NCBI GenBank assembly: GCA_964560235.1
Contig: CAZLKZ010000005.1
Coordinates: 16,047 to 80,046 of the forward strand
Direction of reading: 5' to 3'
Length of the DNA: 64,000 nucleotides
Origin: an uncultured Conexibacter sp.
GTDB taxonomy: Bacteria > Actinomycetota > Thermoleophilia > Solirubrobacterales > Solirubrobacteraceae
The position numbers and the translations under genes are program-made. Under the pieces are notes generated by a model. That model had not been told where the DNA came from. It worked only from the letters and a program-made list of their open reading frames with translations, and made no database searches. Shown here one piece after another: positions 1 to 8,983 of this stretch; positions within the stretch are counted from its first letter, which is position 1; every line of letters begins with the position of its first letter.

Positions 1-200
1 CCGCCTACCCCAGGCCCTGACCGGGCCGCGAGGTGCTCGGTCGCCTGCCCCATCAGCGCGGCCGTGGGGATCACGCCCGCAGCGGACACGAAGAAGATTG
101 CCACCGGGTCGGCACCTGCCAGATCCAACGCGATCGCAGCCGGAATGAACGGCAGCAGCAGGTAAGGCCACCCCTGGCTCGAGCGCAGGAAGGACAACAT
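1..200 (-). CDS. cax: Calcium/proton exchanger (CAX/ChaA family), N-terminal part; runs off the window
   Basis: Not in the ORF track. Manual translation from ATG at 200 gives MLSFLRSSQGWPYLLLPFIPAAIALDLAGADPVAIFFVSAAGVIPTAALMGQATEHLAARSGPGVGG; 'IP.A.LMG.ATE.LA.R.GP.VGG' is the CAX N-terminal signature. Confidence 0.85.
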   Translation of the reverse strand, partial: MLSFLRSSQGWPYLLLPFIPAAIALDLAGADPVAIFFVSAAGVIPTAALMGQATEHLAARSGPGVG

Positions 201-220
201 CTATCGCTGACCCTAGTGGG

Positions 221-1309
221 CTAGCGGTTGATCACATCTGCACAGCGCTGAATTGCCGCGACATCGTCGCCGGCCTTCTGCAGACAGTCGGCGTATTGCT
301 GCTGCTTGTCGCCTGTCCCAGTGCTCGGGCTTGGGGTCGTCGCGGTCTCGCTAGGCGTCGTCGCGGTACCGCCGCCCGACGACCCTGACTGCGCCACGGC
401 GTCCGCGAGCGCCTTCTGGAGATCGTCGATCGGCTGCGGGTTCTTTGGCACGGGAATCGAGTTGACCGCGTTGAGTTGGGAGATCGAGAGGGTGAGATCG
501 ACGTCGAGCTTTTCGAGCCCTCCGAGCTTGTCTCGGTCCTCCTCCGCGACCTCAAGGATCAGGCGGAGCGAGATCGCCCGCAGCGTGCGGTCCTCGCGCC
601 CCGTGTCGATCGAGACCTTGGCCGTCTTGACTGAGCGAGCGATCGCAGCCTTCTGCTCGTCGTCGATCTCGGTAGGAGTGTTGGCGCCCGTTGCTCCCTT
701 CGCCGCAGTGCCAGCCTGTCCGATCAGGCTGCCTACGTCGTCGAGCAGTGCCTTGACGTCGATCGGGCCCGCAACCCGCGTCGTCGGCTGTCCGCCGACC
801 TCCGAGTCGCTGACCGTTGTGTCGTCGCCGAGCCACTCCGCGGGGTCGACCCCAAGCGCCGAAAGCCCGGTGGAGTCTTTCTGCTGGGCCTCGTTCTCGC
901 GTTGGGTCTTTGCGTAGCTGTCGCGCAGCTCCTTGTAGCTCTTGTCAGGGAGCACGAAGGCCTGGTCACCGATCGTGACGTAACCCTTGGTTCCCGTAGA
1001 GACGAACCCGCCCTTCGTGTCGCCGCTGCCGACCGTGCCCAGTTCGAGCGCAAACTTCGGCAACTGCGATTTGTCGGTGGTGATGAACGGTCCGCTCACC
1101 GTCAGCTCGATCGGCGAGTCCTCTAGCCCCGCCCCCTTGCCGGTGACCCTCAACGACAGGTCCAGGTTGCCCGAATCGATGGGGTGCTGATCGCCGAACG
1201 TTTCGTCGAGCACCTTGCGCGCTTCGCCCGAGCCTGAATCTCCGCAGCCAGCGCCGACGAAGACGACAGCCAAAACTAGGGCGAGTGCAGCGAGGAAGCG
1301 GTATCTCAT
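221..1309 (-). CDS. Lipoprotein, LppX/LprAFG (LolA-like lipid carrier)-like
   Basis: Signal peptide MRYRFLAALALVLAVVFVGAG-C (lipobox). Beta-rich body with EVGGQPTTRVAGPID and VSIDTGREDRTLR-type motifs, Ser/Thr linker and C-terminal Cys pair. Start reassigned to 1309 (TACCGT -10 eight nt upstream). Confidence 0.6.
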   Translation of the reverse strand: MRYRFLAALALVLAVVFVGAGCGDSGSGEARKVLDETFGDQHPIDSGNLDLSLRVTGKGAGLEDSPIELTVSGPFITTDKSQLPKFALELGTVGSGDTKGGFVSTGTKGYVTIGDQAFVLPDKSYKELRDSYAKTQRENEAQQKDSTGLSALGVDPAEWLGDDTTVSDSEVGGQPTTRVAGPIDVKALLDDVGSLIGQAGTAAKGATGANTPTEIDDEQKAAIARSVKTAKVSIDTGREDRTLRAISLRLILEVAEEDRDKLGGLEKLDVDLTLSISQLNAVNSIPVPKNPQPIDDLQKALADAVAQSGSSGGGTATTPSETATTPSPSTGTGDKQQQYADCLQKAGDDVAAIQRCADVINR

Positions 1310-1362
1310 CGCCCGCAACGGTAGCTGCGCGCGGGACGAAAATGCGCCGTAACATCGCCCAG

Positions 1363-2949
1363 ATGCGTATTGGCTGGGTCGCCGCACTCGCGGCGCTCAC
1401 GCTGCTGACCTCTGGCAGCGCGTGGGCGGCGCCGATCGTCATCGCCGATCCTGACGGCAGCGACGCCGTGCTCGCTGATGATCCTGCGCTGCCCAGTGAC
1501 GACCCCATGGGCTCGCAGGGCATTGAGGCCCCAACCGCGCAGGCTGCAGGCGGACTGTCGGTGCCGGGTGCGATCGACCGGCTGCGTAAGCGCGGGGACA
1601 TCACTAAGAAGCAAGCGAGCTCCTACAAGAAGGACTGGAGCACAAGTGTGCGCGCGACCAAGCGCATGAGCCGCGCGCGCCGGGCCGAACTCAATGCGGT
1701 GCTCGCAAACACCCGGGCCATGGCCGCTTCAAAGCAGCTCACGGCTAGCCGCCTGCCGGCCGTAATGCTGACCGTCGTCCGCAACAGAGACTGGTGGATG
1801 AAAGGTCCGTCGCTGCGCGCCGGCGGTCGCACCCGGTTCCGCGGGAGCCAGCTCGTGTGGCAGTACTACGCGGGCCAGGGCCTGCAGATCCAGTGGCTTG
1901 GCACGTTCGGCCGGGCCAACGCGCTTTGGAGCTTCGGCGGCAAAGATGACGAGCTCGACGAGCTACTGACGGAAGCTCGAGCGCTGGCGGCCTCGCGGGC
2001 CGGCGGCATCGCGTACGAGTACCTCTTCAAGTTCGGTAGCGGCAAGCCGCCGTGGGTAAGCGGGCTTACCCAGGGCACTGCGCTAACTGCCTTCTCCCGT
2101 GGCGCGCTCCGCCTGAAGAAGAGCGACTACTTCAACGACGCACGAGCAGCCCTCGGGATCTTTGAGCGCAAGCCACCGGCCGGAGTGCGGGTCACAACTA
2201 GAGCTGGCGTTCACTATCTGCAGTACTCGTACGCCCCGGCACAGCGGGTCGGGAACGGCTTCGTGCAGGCGCTGAACGGGCTTCACGATTTCGCACTCTT
2301 CGCCAACAACGACAAGGCCTGGAACCTGTTCGCATCCGGCGAAAAGAACCTCCGGCGTGAGCTACCACGGTTCGACACCGGTGCCTGGACGCTCTACCAG
2401 CGCACGGCATCCGGTTCAAAGACGGTGCCTGGGAACGAGTCGACGCTCGATTACCACAAGCTTTTCGCCCAGTTCCTCACCGGTCTGTGCAGCCGCCTGA
2501 CGGACGACCAGAAGCGGATCGGGGCCAAGGCTGCGAAGACGAGCGGGGGCGCGAGCCCTGGAAGCGCCCCCTCGCCTTCTACGTCCGAGCCGGACCGCTC
2601 GGACGTCGCGGGACGCACCAGCCCGACCCGCTACTGCGACGCGTCGACGCGCTTTAAGTCGTATTTGCGGCAGAAGCCGACGTTGAAGATCACCAAGCGC
2701 ACCCTCACCCAGCGCAAGCGCGGCACGGTCTTCGTGAAGGTCGACAAGGTCTCGTTTGTGACGCTCGCGGTGAGCCAGGGTTCGCGCACTCTTGCCTCAG
2801 AGAGCCGCCAAATGTCATATGGCACCCACCGTCTCAGGGTCTCGCCCACGGGGAGAAGCCGTGTGAAGGTGCACGTCACCGCCACGGACCTCGCCGGTAA
2901 CCGAACCAGCAAGACGATGCAGCTGCGGGTACGGGCGCGGGCTGGCTGA
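1363..2949 (+). CDS. Secreted D-glucuronyl C5-epimerase-family protein
   Basis: Signal peptide ending SAWA. Motifs WVSGLTQG, YLQYSY, NGFVQALNGLHD, LPRFDTGAWTLY, YHKL match the C5-epimerase C-terminal domain. Basic Ig-like C-terminus (TATDLAGN). Start 1342 or 1363. Confidence 0.75.
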   Translation: MRIGWVAALAALTLLTSGSAWAAPIVIADPDGSDAVLADDPALPSDDPMGSQGIEAPTAQAAGGLSVPGAIDRLRKRGDITKKQASSYKKDWSTSVRATKRMSRARRAELNAVLANTRAMAASKQLTASRLPAVMLTVVRNRDWWMKGPSLRAGGRTRFRGSQLVWQYYAGQGLQIQWLGTFGRANALWSFGGKDDELDELLTEARALAASRAGGIAYEYLFKFGSGKPPWVSGLTQGTALTAFSRGALRLKKSDYFNDARAALGIFERKPPAGVRVTTRAGVHYLQYSYAPAQRVGNGFVQALNGLHDFALFANNDKAWNLFASGEKNLRRELPRFDTGAWTLYQRTASGSKTVPGNESTLDYHKLFAQFLTGLCSRLTDDQKRIGAKAAKTSGGASPGSAPSPSTSEPDRSDVAGRTSPTRYCDASTRFKSYLRQKPTLKITKRTLTQRKRGTVFVKVDKVSFVTLAVSQGSRTLASESRQMSYGTHRLRVSPTGRSRVKVHVTATDLAGNRTSKTMQLRVRARAG

Positions 2950-2968
2950 CAGCGGTCCTCTACGATCT

Positions 2969-4141
2969 GTGAGGGTGTCACCGCGGACGATCCTCTACAC
3001 CGGAAAGGGCGGCGTCGGCAAGACGTCCGTCGCGGCGGCCACTGCTCGGCGCTGCGCGGCGAACGGTCTGCGGACCGTGATCCTGTCTACCGACCCGGCC
3101 CACAGCCTCTCCGACTCGCTGCAGCGGCCGATCGGCCCTGATCTCGTGCAGATCGGTGAAAGTCTCTGGGCGAAAGAGGTCTCGGCGCGTGCGGAGATGG
3201 TTCGTAACTGGGCAGCGGTGCAGGACTGGCTGTCAGAGCTGCTGATCGCCAGGGGAGTCGACCGGATCAGCGCGGAAGAGCTTTCGGTGCCCCCAGGCAT
3301 GGACGAGCTGTTCAGCTTGCTCGCGATCCAAGAGCACCACCGCTCTGGCGAGTTCGACGTGATCGTGGTCGATTGCGCGCCGACCGGGGAGACGCTGCGT
3401 CTGCTCGCCTTCCCGGACGTCGCACGCTGGTGGCTAGATCGAGTGTTCCCACAGCAGGGCCGCTTGCTGGACGCGGTGCGGCCCCTCGCCCGCTCGATGC
3501 TCGACATCAGCCTGCCGGGCAGCGAGGCCGTCGCCGAGGTCGAGCGGCTGATGACCAACCTGATCGCGATGCACGAGATCCTCGCCGACACCGAGAACTC
3601 GTCGGTCCGGCTCGTGATGACCCCGGACAAGATGGTCGTCGATGAGGCCCGCCGCACCTTCACGTATCTGAACCTCTATGGCTACCTCACCGACGCGGTG
3701 GTCGTGAACCGGGTGTTCGGTCCCGAGACCGGCAAGTACTTCAAGGCCTGGCGTGAGCGCCAGCAGGAGCAGCTGACCGAGGTGACTCAAGGGTTCTCCC
3801 CCGTGCCGGTACTCCAAGCGCCGTACTTCGACGAGGAGGTGTGCGGCGAGCAGATGCTCGACCGCCTCGCGGGCGAAGTGTTCTCAGGTATGGAGCCCGA
3901 AGCGATGCTGCACGATGCCATCGCGGAGAACCTGGAACTACACGAGGACGGCCACGCCACCCTGCGGCTGGCTCTGCCGCTCGCAGAAAAGGGCGAGCTG
4001 ACGCTCAAGCGGATCGGCCCTGAGCTGATCGTGGGTGTCGCAGATCACCGGCGCACGATGCTGCTGCCACCGGCACTCGAAGGCATGCAGCCGTCTGGCG
4101 CACGGCTCGAAGAAGGAGTGCTGGAGGTGGCGTTCGCGTGA
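2969..4141 (+). CDS. ArsA/Get3-family ATPase with C-terminal alpha-crystallin (HSP20-like) domain
   Basis: GKGGVGKT deviant Walker A, STDPAHSL, DCAPTGETLRLL; C-terminal beta-sandwich ending ARLEEGVLEVAF. Likely start GTG 2975. Confidence 0.9.
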   Translation: MRVSPRTILYTGKGGVGKTSVAAATARRCAANGLRTVILSTDPAHSLSDSLQRPIGPDLVQIGESLWAKEVSARAEMVRNWAAVQDWLSELLIARGVDRISAEELSVPPGMDELFSLLAIQEHHRSGEFDVIVVDCAPTGETLRLLAFPDVARWWLDRVFPQQGRLLDAVRPLARSMLDISLPGSEAVAEVERLMTNLIAMHEILADTENSSVRLVMTPDKMVVDEARRTFTYLNLYGYLTDAVVVNRVFGPETGKYFKAWRERQQEQLTEVTQGFSPVPVLQAPYFDEEVCGEQMLDRLAGEVFSGMEPEAMLHDAIAENLELHEDGHATLRLALPLAEKGELTLKRIGPELIVGVADHRRTMLLPPALEGMQPSGARLEEGVLEVAFA

Positions 4142-4524
4142 CGCTCCAGTCCGAGATCTACGACGAGCTGCGTGAGCGCCTGAAGGCCACCCAGGAGGCG
4201 GCCGAACGGATGGCTGCCCGAGGCGAGCGGGCACGCGCCTCCGAAGAGTTCGCTGACGGTGACGTGCCGCCTCAAGGCTGGGCCGCACACGGCGACGACT
4301 ACCAGCCGAACGCCGATGAGATCGAAGCGCTGCTCACCGCACTGCGCCAGCTGCGCGAGCTGCTGCCCGAGGAGCTCCAGGACCAGCTGCGAGAGACAAT
4401 CCGCAACGTGCTCCTATTGATCCGCGGGATCCTTGATCTCGCGCTGGACCGGCTCGAGCACGGCGAGCTTGTCGCACCGCGCGAACGCACGACCGACGAA
4501 GCCGAAGACATCCCGATCCTCTGA
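4138..4524 (+). CDS. Small acidic helical protein coupled to the ArsA-like gene
   Basis: GTGA overlap with the upstream gene; coiled-coil character; ends EDIPIL. Confidence 0.75.
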   Translation: MTLQSEIYDELRERLKATQEAAERMAARGERARASEEFADGDVPPQGWAAHGDDYQPNADEIEALLTALRQLRELLPEELQDQLRETIRNVLLLIRGILDLALDRLEHGELVAPRERTTDEAEDIPIL

Positions 4525-4525
4525 G

Positions 4526-5041
4526 ATGGTCGACCGCCTTAAAGCCGCCTATCGGCAGCTCCGAGCCGACGAGCGGCGAGTGCTGATTGCCGCTAGTGCA
4601 CTCCTCGTGACCTTGCTGCTGCCTTGGTACACGAAGGTGACCACGACTGCGTCGATCGACTTCTCCAACGGCTTTCCGTCAACCTCGCCGGACTCGGTGC
4701 GCGACCAGAAGCTCGCGATCTTCGTGCCCTCTCTGATCGAGGCTTCGATCATGCTTGTTGCCGTCGGCGTGATCGTGCTGATGCTTGCCCGCGGACTGGG
4801 CGCAAAGTTCTTTCTCCCGCTGAGCGACCGCGTGCTTGTGATCGCCGCAGGCGGCTGGCTGCTGCTGCTCGTGTTCTGGCGCCTGGTCGATCAGCCGAGC
4901 GCACAGTCGGCGACCGGCCTCACCGTCGAGTACGAGCTGTCCTGGGGGATCTACTTCGGGCTACTCGCGGCTGCCGCGGTGCTTGCCAGCGGGCTGACGT
5001 TGCACAGGCCCGAGCCCGAACCCGAGCCCGACGCACCGTAG
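4526..5041 (+). CDS. Four-TM membrane protein
   Basis: ATG one nt after the previous stop; LLLPWY and WGIYFGLLAA motifs; four hydrophobic segments. Confidence 0.75.
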   Translation: MVDRLKAAYRQLRADERRVLIAASALLVTLLLPWYTKVTTTASIDFSNGFPSTSPDSVRDQKLAIFVPSLIEASIMLVAVGVIVLMLARGLGAKFFLPLSDRVLVIAAGGWLLLLVFWRLVDQPSAQSATGLTVEYELSWGIYFGLLAAAAVLASGLTLHRPEPEPEPDAP

Positions 5042-5051
5042 ACTCCGGCCG

Positions 5052-5957
5052 ATGGAAGATCGGCTGCCCGAGAGCGTCGAAGAGGTCCGCACCAAGCTCC
5101 GCGAGAGCGGCTACCTGGCGGCCGAACACACAGCGATGGTCGCCTACCTGGCAATCTCGCTCGGCAAGCCCGTTCTCGTAGAGGGCCCAGCAGGGGTCGG
5201 CAAGACCGAGCTGGCCAAGGCCCTTTCTCGCATACTCGAGCGCGACCTCGTGCGGCTGCAGTGCTACGAGGGCCTTGACGAGGCCAAGGCGCTGTATGAG
5301 TGGAACTACCGCAAGCAGCTCCTTCGCATCCAGGCCGAAAGCGACGACACGTCCTGGGAAGACGTGCAGGACGACATCTTCGGCGAGCAATTTCTGCTGC
5401 AGCGCCCGCTGATGACGGCAATCGCTTCCGAGCAGCCTGTCGTCCTACTGATCGACGAAATCGACAAGACCGATCAGGAGTTCGAGGCCCTGCTCCTGGA
5501 GGTGCTGTCCGACTTCCAGATCTCGATCCCCGAACTCGGGCAGGTGAGCGCTCGTACGCACCCAGTGGTGCTGCTGACCTCCAACAACACCCGAGAGCTG
5601 ACAGAGGCCCTGAAGCGTCGCTGCCTTTACCTCTGGCTCGACTACCCCGCGCTCGAGCAAGAGCTCGAGATCGTGCAGCTGCACGTCCCGGACCTCAGCG
5701 CGTCAATGGGCAACAAGCTCGTTGACGTTGTCGCGCGGATCCGAGAGCTAGACCTGAAGAAGCCGCCATCGGTCGCCGAGTCGGTCGACTGGGCACGTGC
5801 ACTGCTGCTGCTCGGTGCTGCCGACCTCGACCAGGATGTCTTCCGCGAGACGATGTCGATCATCGTCAAGCACCGCACGGATCTCGACCTGGTCAGCGAG
5901 CGGATCGGCGCGACCCTCACACCGGCTGCTGTGGGCGATGGCGGGGCTACGGCCTGA
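5052..5957 (+). CDS. MoxR-family AAA+ ATPase (CoxD-like)
   Basis: EGPAGVGKT, RLQCYEGLDE, LLIDEIDK, TSNNTRELTEALKRRC. Confidence 0.92.
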   Translation: MEDRLPESVEEVRTKLRESGYLAAEHTAMVAYLAISLGKPVLVEGPAGVGKTELAKALSRILERDLVRLQCYEGLDEAKALYEWNYRKQLLRIQAESDDTSWEDVQDDIFGEQFLLQRPLMTAIASEQPVVLLIDEIDKTDQEFEALLLEVLSDFQISIPELGQVSARTHPVVLLTSNNTRELTEALKRRCLYLWLDYPALEQELEIVQLHVPDLSASMGNKLVDVVARIRELDLKKPPSVAESVDWARALLLLGAADLDQDVFRETMSIIVKHRTDLDLVSERIGATLTPAAVGDGGATA

Positions 5958-7386
5958 GCCCCGACCAGTAGCGAGGCGCACCGCAGGCGTCCATTCCGAC
6001 GGGCTCGGCCGCGAGGCGGGTTTCGCGGGCAAGCTCACAGAGTTCACCGAGGAGCTCCGAGGCGAGGGCGTTGCGATCGGCACGTCCGAGCTGCTCGACG
6101 GACTCGCGGCACTGGAGCTGGTGCCTTGGATCGTGCCCGAAGACTTTCGCGGAGCACTGCAGGCGACTCTCGCCAAGTCGCCCGAGGACCGCGTGATCTT
6201 CGACGCGGTGTTCGATCGCTTCTTCTTCCGTGCGACTGAGTTGGCCGCGCTGGAAGAGGGCATCCGTGAACGCGGTGGTGATGACAGCCAGGCTGCGGGC
6301 GGAGACCAGTCCGAAGGGCAAGTCGACTCCGAGAAGCTCCGCGAAGCGATCGCCAGAGCCATCGCGGAAGGCGACGAGGCGGCTATGGCTGAGCTGGCGC
6401 GGCTTGCGATCTCGGCCTTCGGCCAGGAAGGCGTGGGTACCGGCGTCGTCGGCGTGGACGTGCAGCGGATTCGCCGCCAGCTCGCGCTCAGCTCCGAGCC
6501 CCAGCCCGAACACCCGCCCGAGGACCCGCGCAGCGAAGGCCTGCCGCGCGAGAACCTACGTCAGTTCGAGCAGATGCTCCGGCGGGAGCTGGAGCGCTCT
6601 CAGATCGAGCGCGTCGGGGAGCTGCCTCCTGCGCGGCCACTCGGCGACCTGGCGCGCACGCTGCCGACCGGGCCACTGCAGGACCTCGCGGCGGTACACC
6701 GCGTAACCCAGCAGCTGAAGCGCAAGCTCAAGACTCAGGGGCAGCAGAACCAGGGCAACCGCCGCCGCGGCCATGTCGACATGCGCCGCACGATGCGCGC
6801 ATCGCTTGCCTACGGGGGCGTGCCGGCGGAGATCAAGATGCGGCCGATCAAGCCGCGCCGGCCGGAGATCTTCGTGCTTTGCGACGTATCGACTTCGGTC
6901 ACGAGCGCATCGGTCTTCTTCCTGTCTGTCATGCATGCGCTGCACGACTCGTTCAGGAAGATGCGCTCGTTCGTGTTCATCGAGCGCGTCGCGGAAGTGA
7001 GCGAGATCTTCGAGTCAGAGCGTGATTTCAAGGCCGTCAGCACCGCGATCTCCCAGCAGTCCGGTGTGGCCGACATCTCCGGGTACACCGACTACGGCCG
7101 CGTATGGACCGAGTTCTACGACCAGGTCGTGGACGAGCTGCACCCGCGCGCCACGGTGATCGTGCTCGGCGACGCACGCTCGAACGGCCGCCCTCCCCGC
7201 GCCGACCTGTTCGCTGCGATCACTGAAAAGGCGGGCCGCACCTTCTGGCTGAACCCCGAGCCTCAGCTCTACTGGAACTACGGCGACTCGGTGATCGCGC
7301 AGTACGCCGAGTTCTGTGAGGCGTACGAATGCTGGACGGTGCCGCAGCTAGAGCGGTTCGTCACCGCGCTCGTCGCGACCCGCTGA
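5938..7386 (+). CDS. VWA-domain CoxE-like protein
   Basis: MIDAS-like CDVSTS, DMRRTMR, TDYG, LGDARSN, WLNPEP; start reassigned to ATG 5938. Confidence 0.88.
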   Translation: MAGLRPEPRPVARRTAGVHSDGLGREAGFAGKLTEFTEELRGEGVAIGTSELLDGLAALELVPWIVPEDFRGALQATLAKSPEDRVIFDAVFDRFFFRATELAALEEGIRERGGDDSQAAGGDQSEGQVDSEKLREAIARAIAEGDEAAMAELARLAISAFGQEGVGTGVVGVDVQRIRRQLALSSEPQPEHPPEDPRSEGLPRENLRQFEQMLRRELERSQIERVGELPPARPLGDLARTLPTGPLQDLAAVHRVTQQLKRKLKTQGQQNQGNRRRGHVDMRRTMRASLAYGGVPAEIKMRPIKPRRPEIFVLCDVSTSVTSASVFFLSVMHALHDSFRKMRSFVFIERVAEVSEIFESERDFKAVSTAISQQSGVADISGYTDYGRVWTEFYDQVVDELHPRATVIVLGDARSNGRPPRADLFAAITEKAGRTFWLNPEPQLYWNYGDSVIAQYAEFCEAYECWTVPQLERFVTALVATR

Positions 7387-7409
7387 CTCGACCGGTAGGG
7401 TTGCCACAA

Positions 7410-7505
7410 GAGCACACGGGGGCTGGGGCGAGACGCCCGGCTGAGATGCGGCCACGCGGGCCGCGACCGGATGAACCTGTCGGGGTAATGCCCGCGAAGG
7501 GAGCT
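7410..7505 (+). ncRNA. TPP (THI-box) riboswitch
   Basis: Conserved GGGGGC...GCTGAGA...GACCG..TGAACCTGTCGGGGTAATGCCCGCGAAGGGAGC directly upstream of an NMT1/THI5-type ABC transporter; the SD (GGGAG) lies in the P1 3' strand. Confidence 0.92.
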
Positions 7506-8237
7506 ATGCCGCAGCAAGTAGCGCAGCCAGGGGGTGTACGACTAAACGCAGCCGAGCGGCACTTCGCTGGGGGCGCGTCGGTCGGTCCGCTGACGCTGCA
7601 GGCGGGCCCAGGCGAGGTGATCGCGCTGCTCGGCCCGTCCGGGTGCGGCAAGTCGACCGCTCTGGACCTCATCTGCGGCCTGCAGCACGCGGATACCGGC
7701 ACGGTCGAGTGCAGCCGCGCAGCACTGATGCCTCAAACCGATGCGCTGCTGCCTTGGCTCGATGCAGCGGGCAACGCCGCGCTCCCCCTCGTGCTCCACG
7801 GCACGCCCAAAGCCCAAGCACGGGCCAACGCACAAGACGCTCTCGCTCAGCTGGGGCTGCCGAACCACGGAGCGCTGCGACCCGACCAGCTCTCGGGCGG
7901 AATGCGGCAACGAGTGGCAATCGCTCGCACGCTGCTCAGCGGTGCTCCTGTGCTTTGCCTCGATGAGCCGTTCGCAGCGCTCGACGCGATCACGCGCGAG
8001 TCGGCCCAGCAGCTTCTCGCAGGCGCGCTGGCGCGCAGCGGCCGTACTGCCGTACTCGTCACCCACGACGCCAGCGAGGCGGCCCTGCTCGCAGACCGTG
8101 TGTACGTACTCGGACAGCAAGGCAGCGTGGCAGCCGAGGTTCCGGGCGCACGGGTGCACGATGCCGTCGACAGCCCTCCAGTGATCGAGGCGACACGGAC
8201 TCTGCGCGCCGCACTCAGCGAGGTTGTGCCCAGATGA
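7506..8237 (+). CDS. ABC transporter ATP-binding subunit (ThiZ-like)
   Basis: GPSGCGKS, LSGGMRQR, LDEPF; start placed after the riboswitch. Confidence 0.88.
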   Translation: MPQQVAQPGGVRLNAAERHFAGGASVGPLTLQAGPGEVIALLGPSGCGKSTALDLICGLQHADTGTVECSRAALMPQTDALLPWLDAAGNAALPLVLHGTPKAQARANAQDALAQLGLPNHGALRPDQLSGGMRQRVAIARTLLSGAPVLCLDEPFAALDAITRESAQQLLAGALARSGRTAVLVTHDASEAALLADRVYVLGQQGSVAAEVPGARVHDAVDSPPVIEATRTLRAALSEVVPR

Positions 8238-8983
8238 TCGCACCACTCGTGCTGATCGCTGCTCTGCTTGCCGTATGGGAGATCTACGCCAGCTCTGGGG
8301 GCGTCGATCCGCTGCTGCTGCCCGCGCCGACCGAAATCGCCCAGGCGCTCTGGACCGACCGCTCCGTGCTGGCCGAGAACGCTCTAGTGACCGGCGGCGA
8401 GATCGTGCTTGGGCTCACCGTCGCGCTAACTGCCGGACTGCTCATCGCAATCGCGCTGCACCTGTCAGGCAGGCTGCGCCGGGCCTCCTACCCACTGCTG
8501 ATCGCCAGCCAAGCAGTCCCGATCGTCGCAGTCGCACCGCTCCTGATCGCGTGGCTGGGCTTCGGGCTGCTGCCGAAGATCGTGATCATCGCGCTTGTCT
8601 GCTTCTTCCCCGTGGTCGTCACAACGCTCGACGGCCTCCAGCGCACCGACCCGGTGCAGCTTCGAATGATTCGCTCGCTAGGGGCATCACGCCTGCAAGT
8701 GCTGAGGCGCGTTGAACTGCCCTCCGCACTTCCAGCTGCCCTATCGGGCGCCAAAGTGGCTGTGACGATCGGAGCGATCGCGGCAGTGTTTGCCGAGTAC
8801 GCGGGCTCTGACCGCGGGCTCGGCCACCTCCTGATGACCTCTGGACCGCAGCTGCGCACGAGCCTCGCCTGGGCTACCGTTTTCATGCTGGCTGCCCTGG
8901 CGCTCGCGTGCTTCGTGACCCTCTCGGCGCTCGAAAGGCGCCTCACCCCCTGGGCCAGCCCCAGAAAGGACCCTCCCAGATGA
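8234..8983 (+). CDS. ABC transporter permease (ThiX-like, SsuC type)
   Basis: LLPAPTEI, AVPIVAVAPLL, ELPSALP, GLG motifs; ATGA overlap. Confidence 0.9.
   Translation: MIAPLVLIAALLAVWEIYASSGGVDPLLLPAPTEIAQALWTDRSVLAENALVTGGEIVLGLTVALTAGLLIAIALHLSGRLRRASYPLLIASQAVPIVAVAPLLIAWLGFGLLPKIVIIALVCFFPVVVTTLDGLQRTDPVQLRMIRSLGASRLQVLRRVELPSALPAALSGAKVAVTIGAIAAVFAEYAGSDRGLGHLLMTSGPQLRTSLAWATVFMLAALALACFVTLSALERRLTPWASPRKDPPR

Noticed and set aside
2969-4141. Arsenite efflux ATPase ArsA
   Set aside because: Single ATPase domain with a crystallin-like tail, and no arsB/arsC/arsD/arsR nearby
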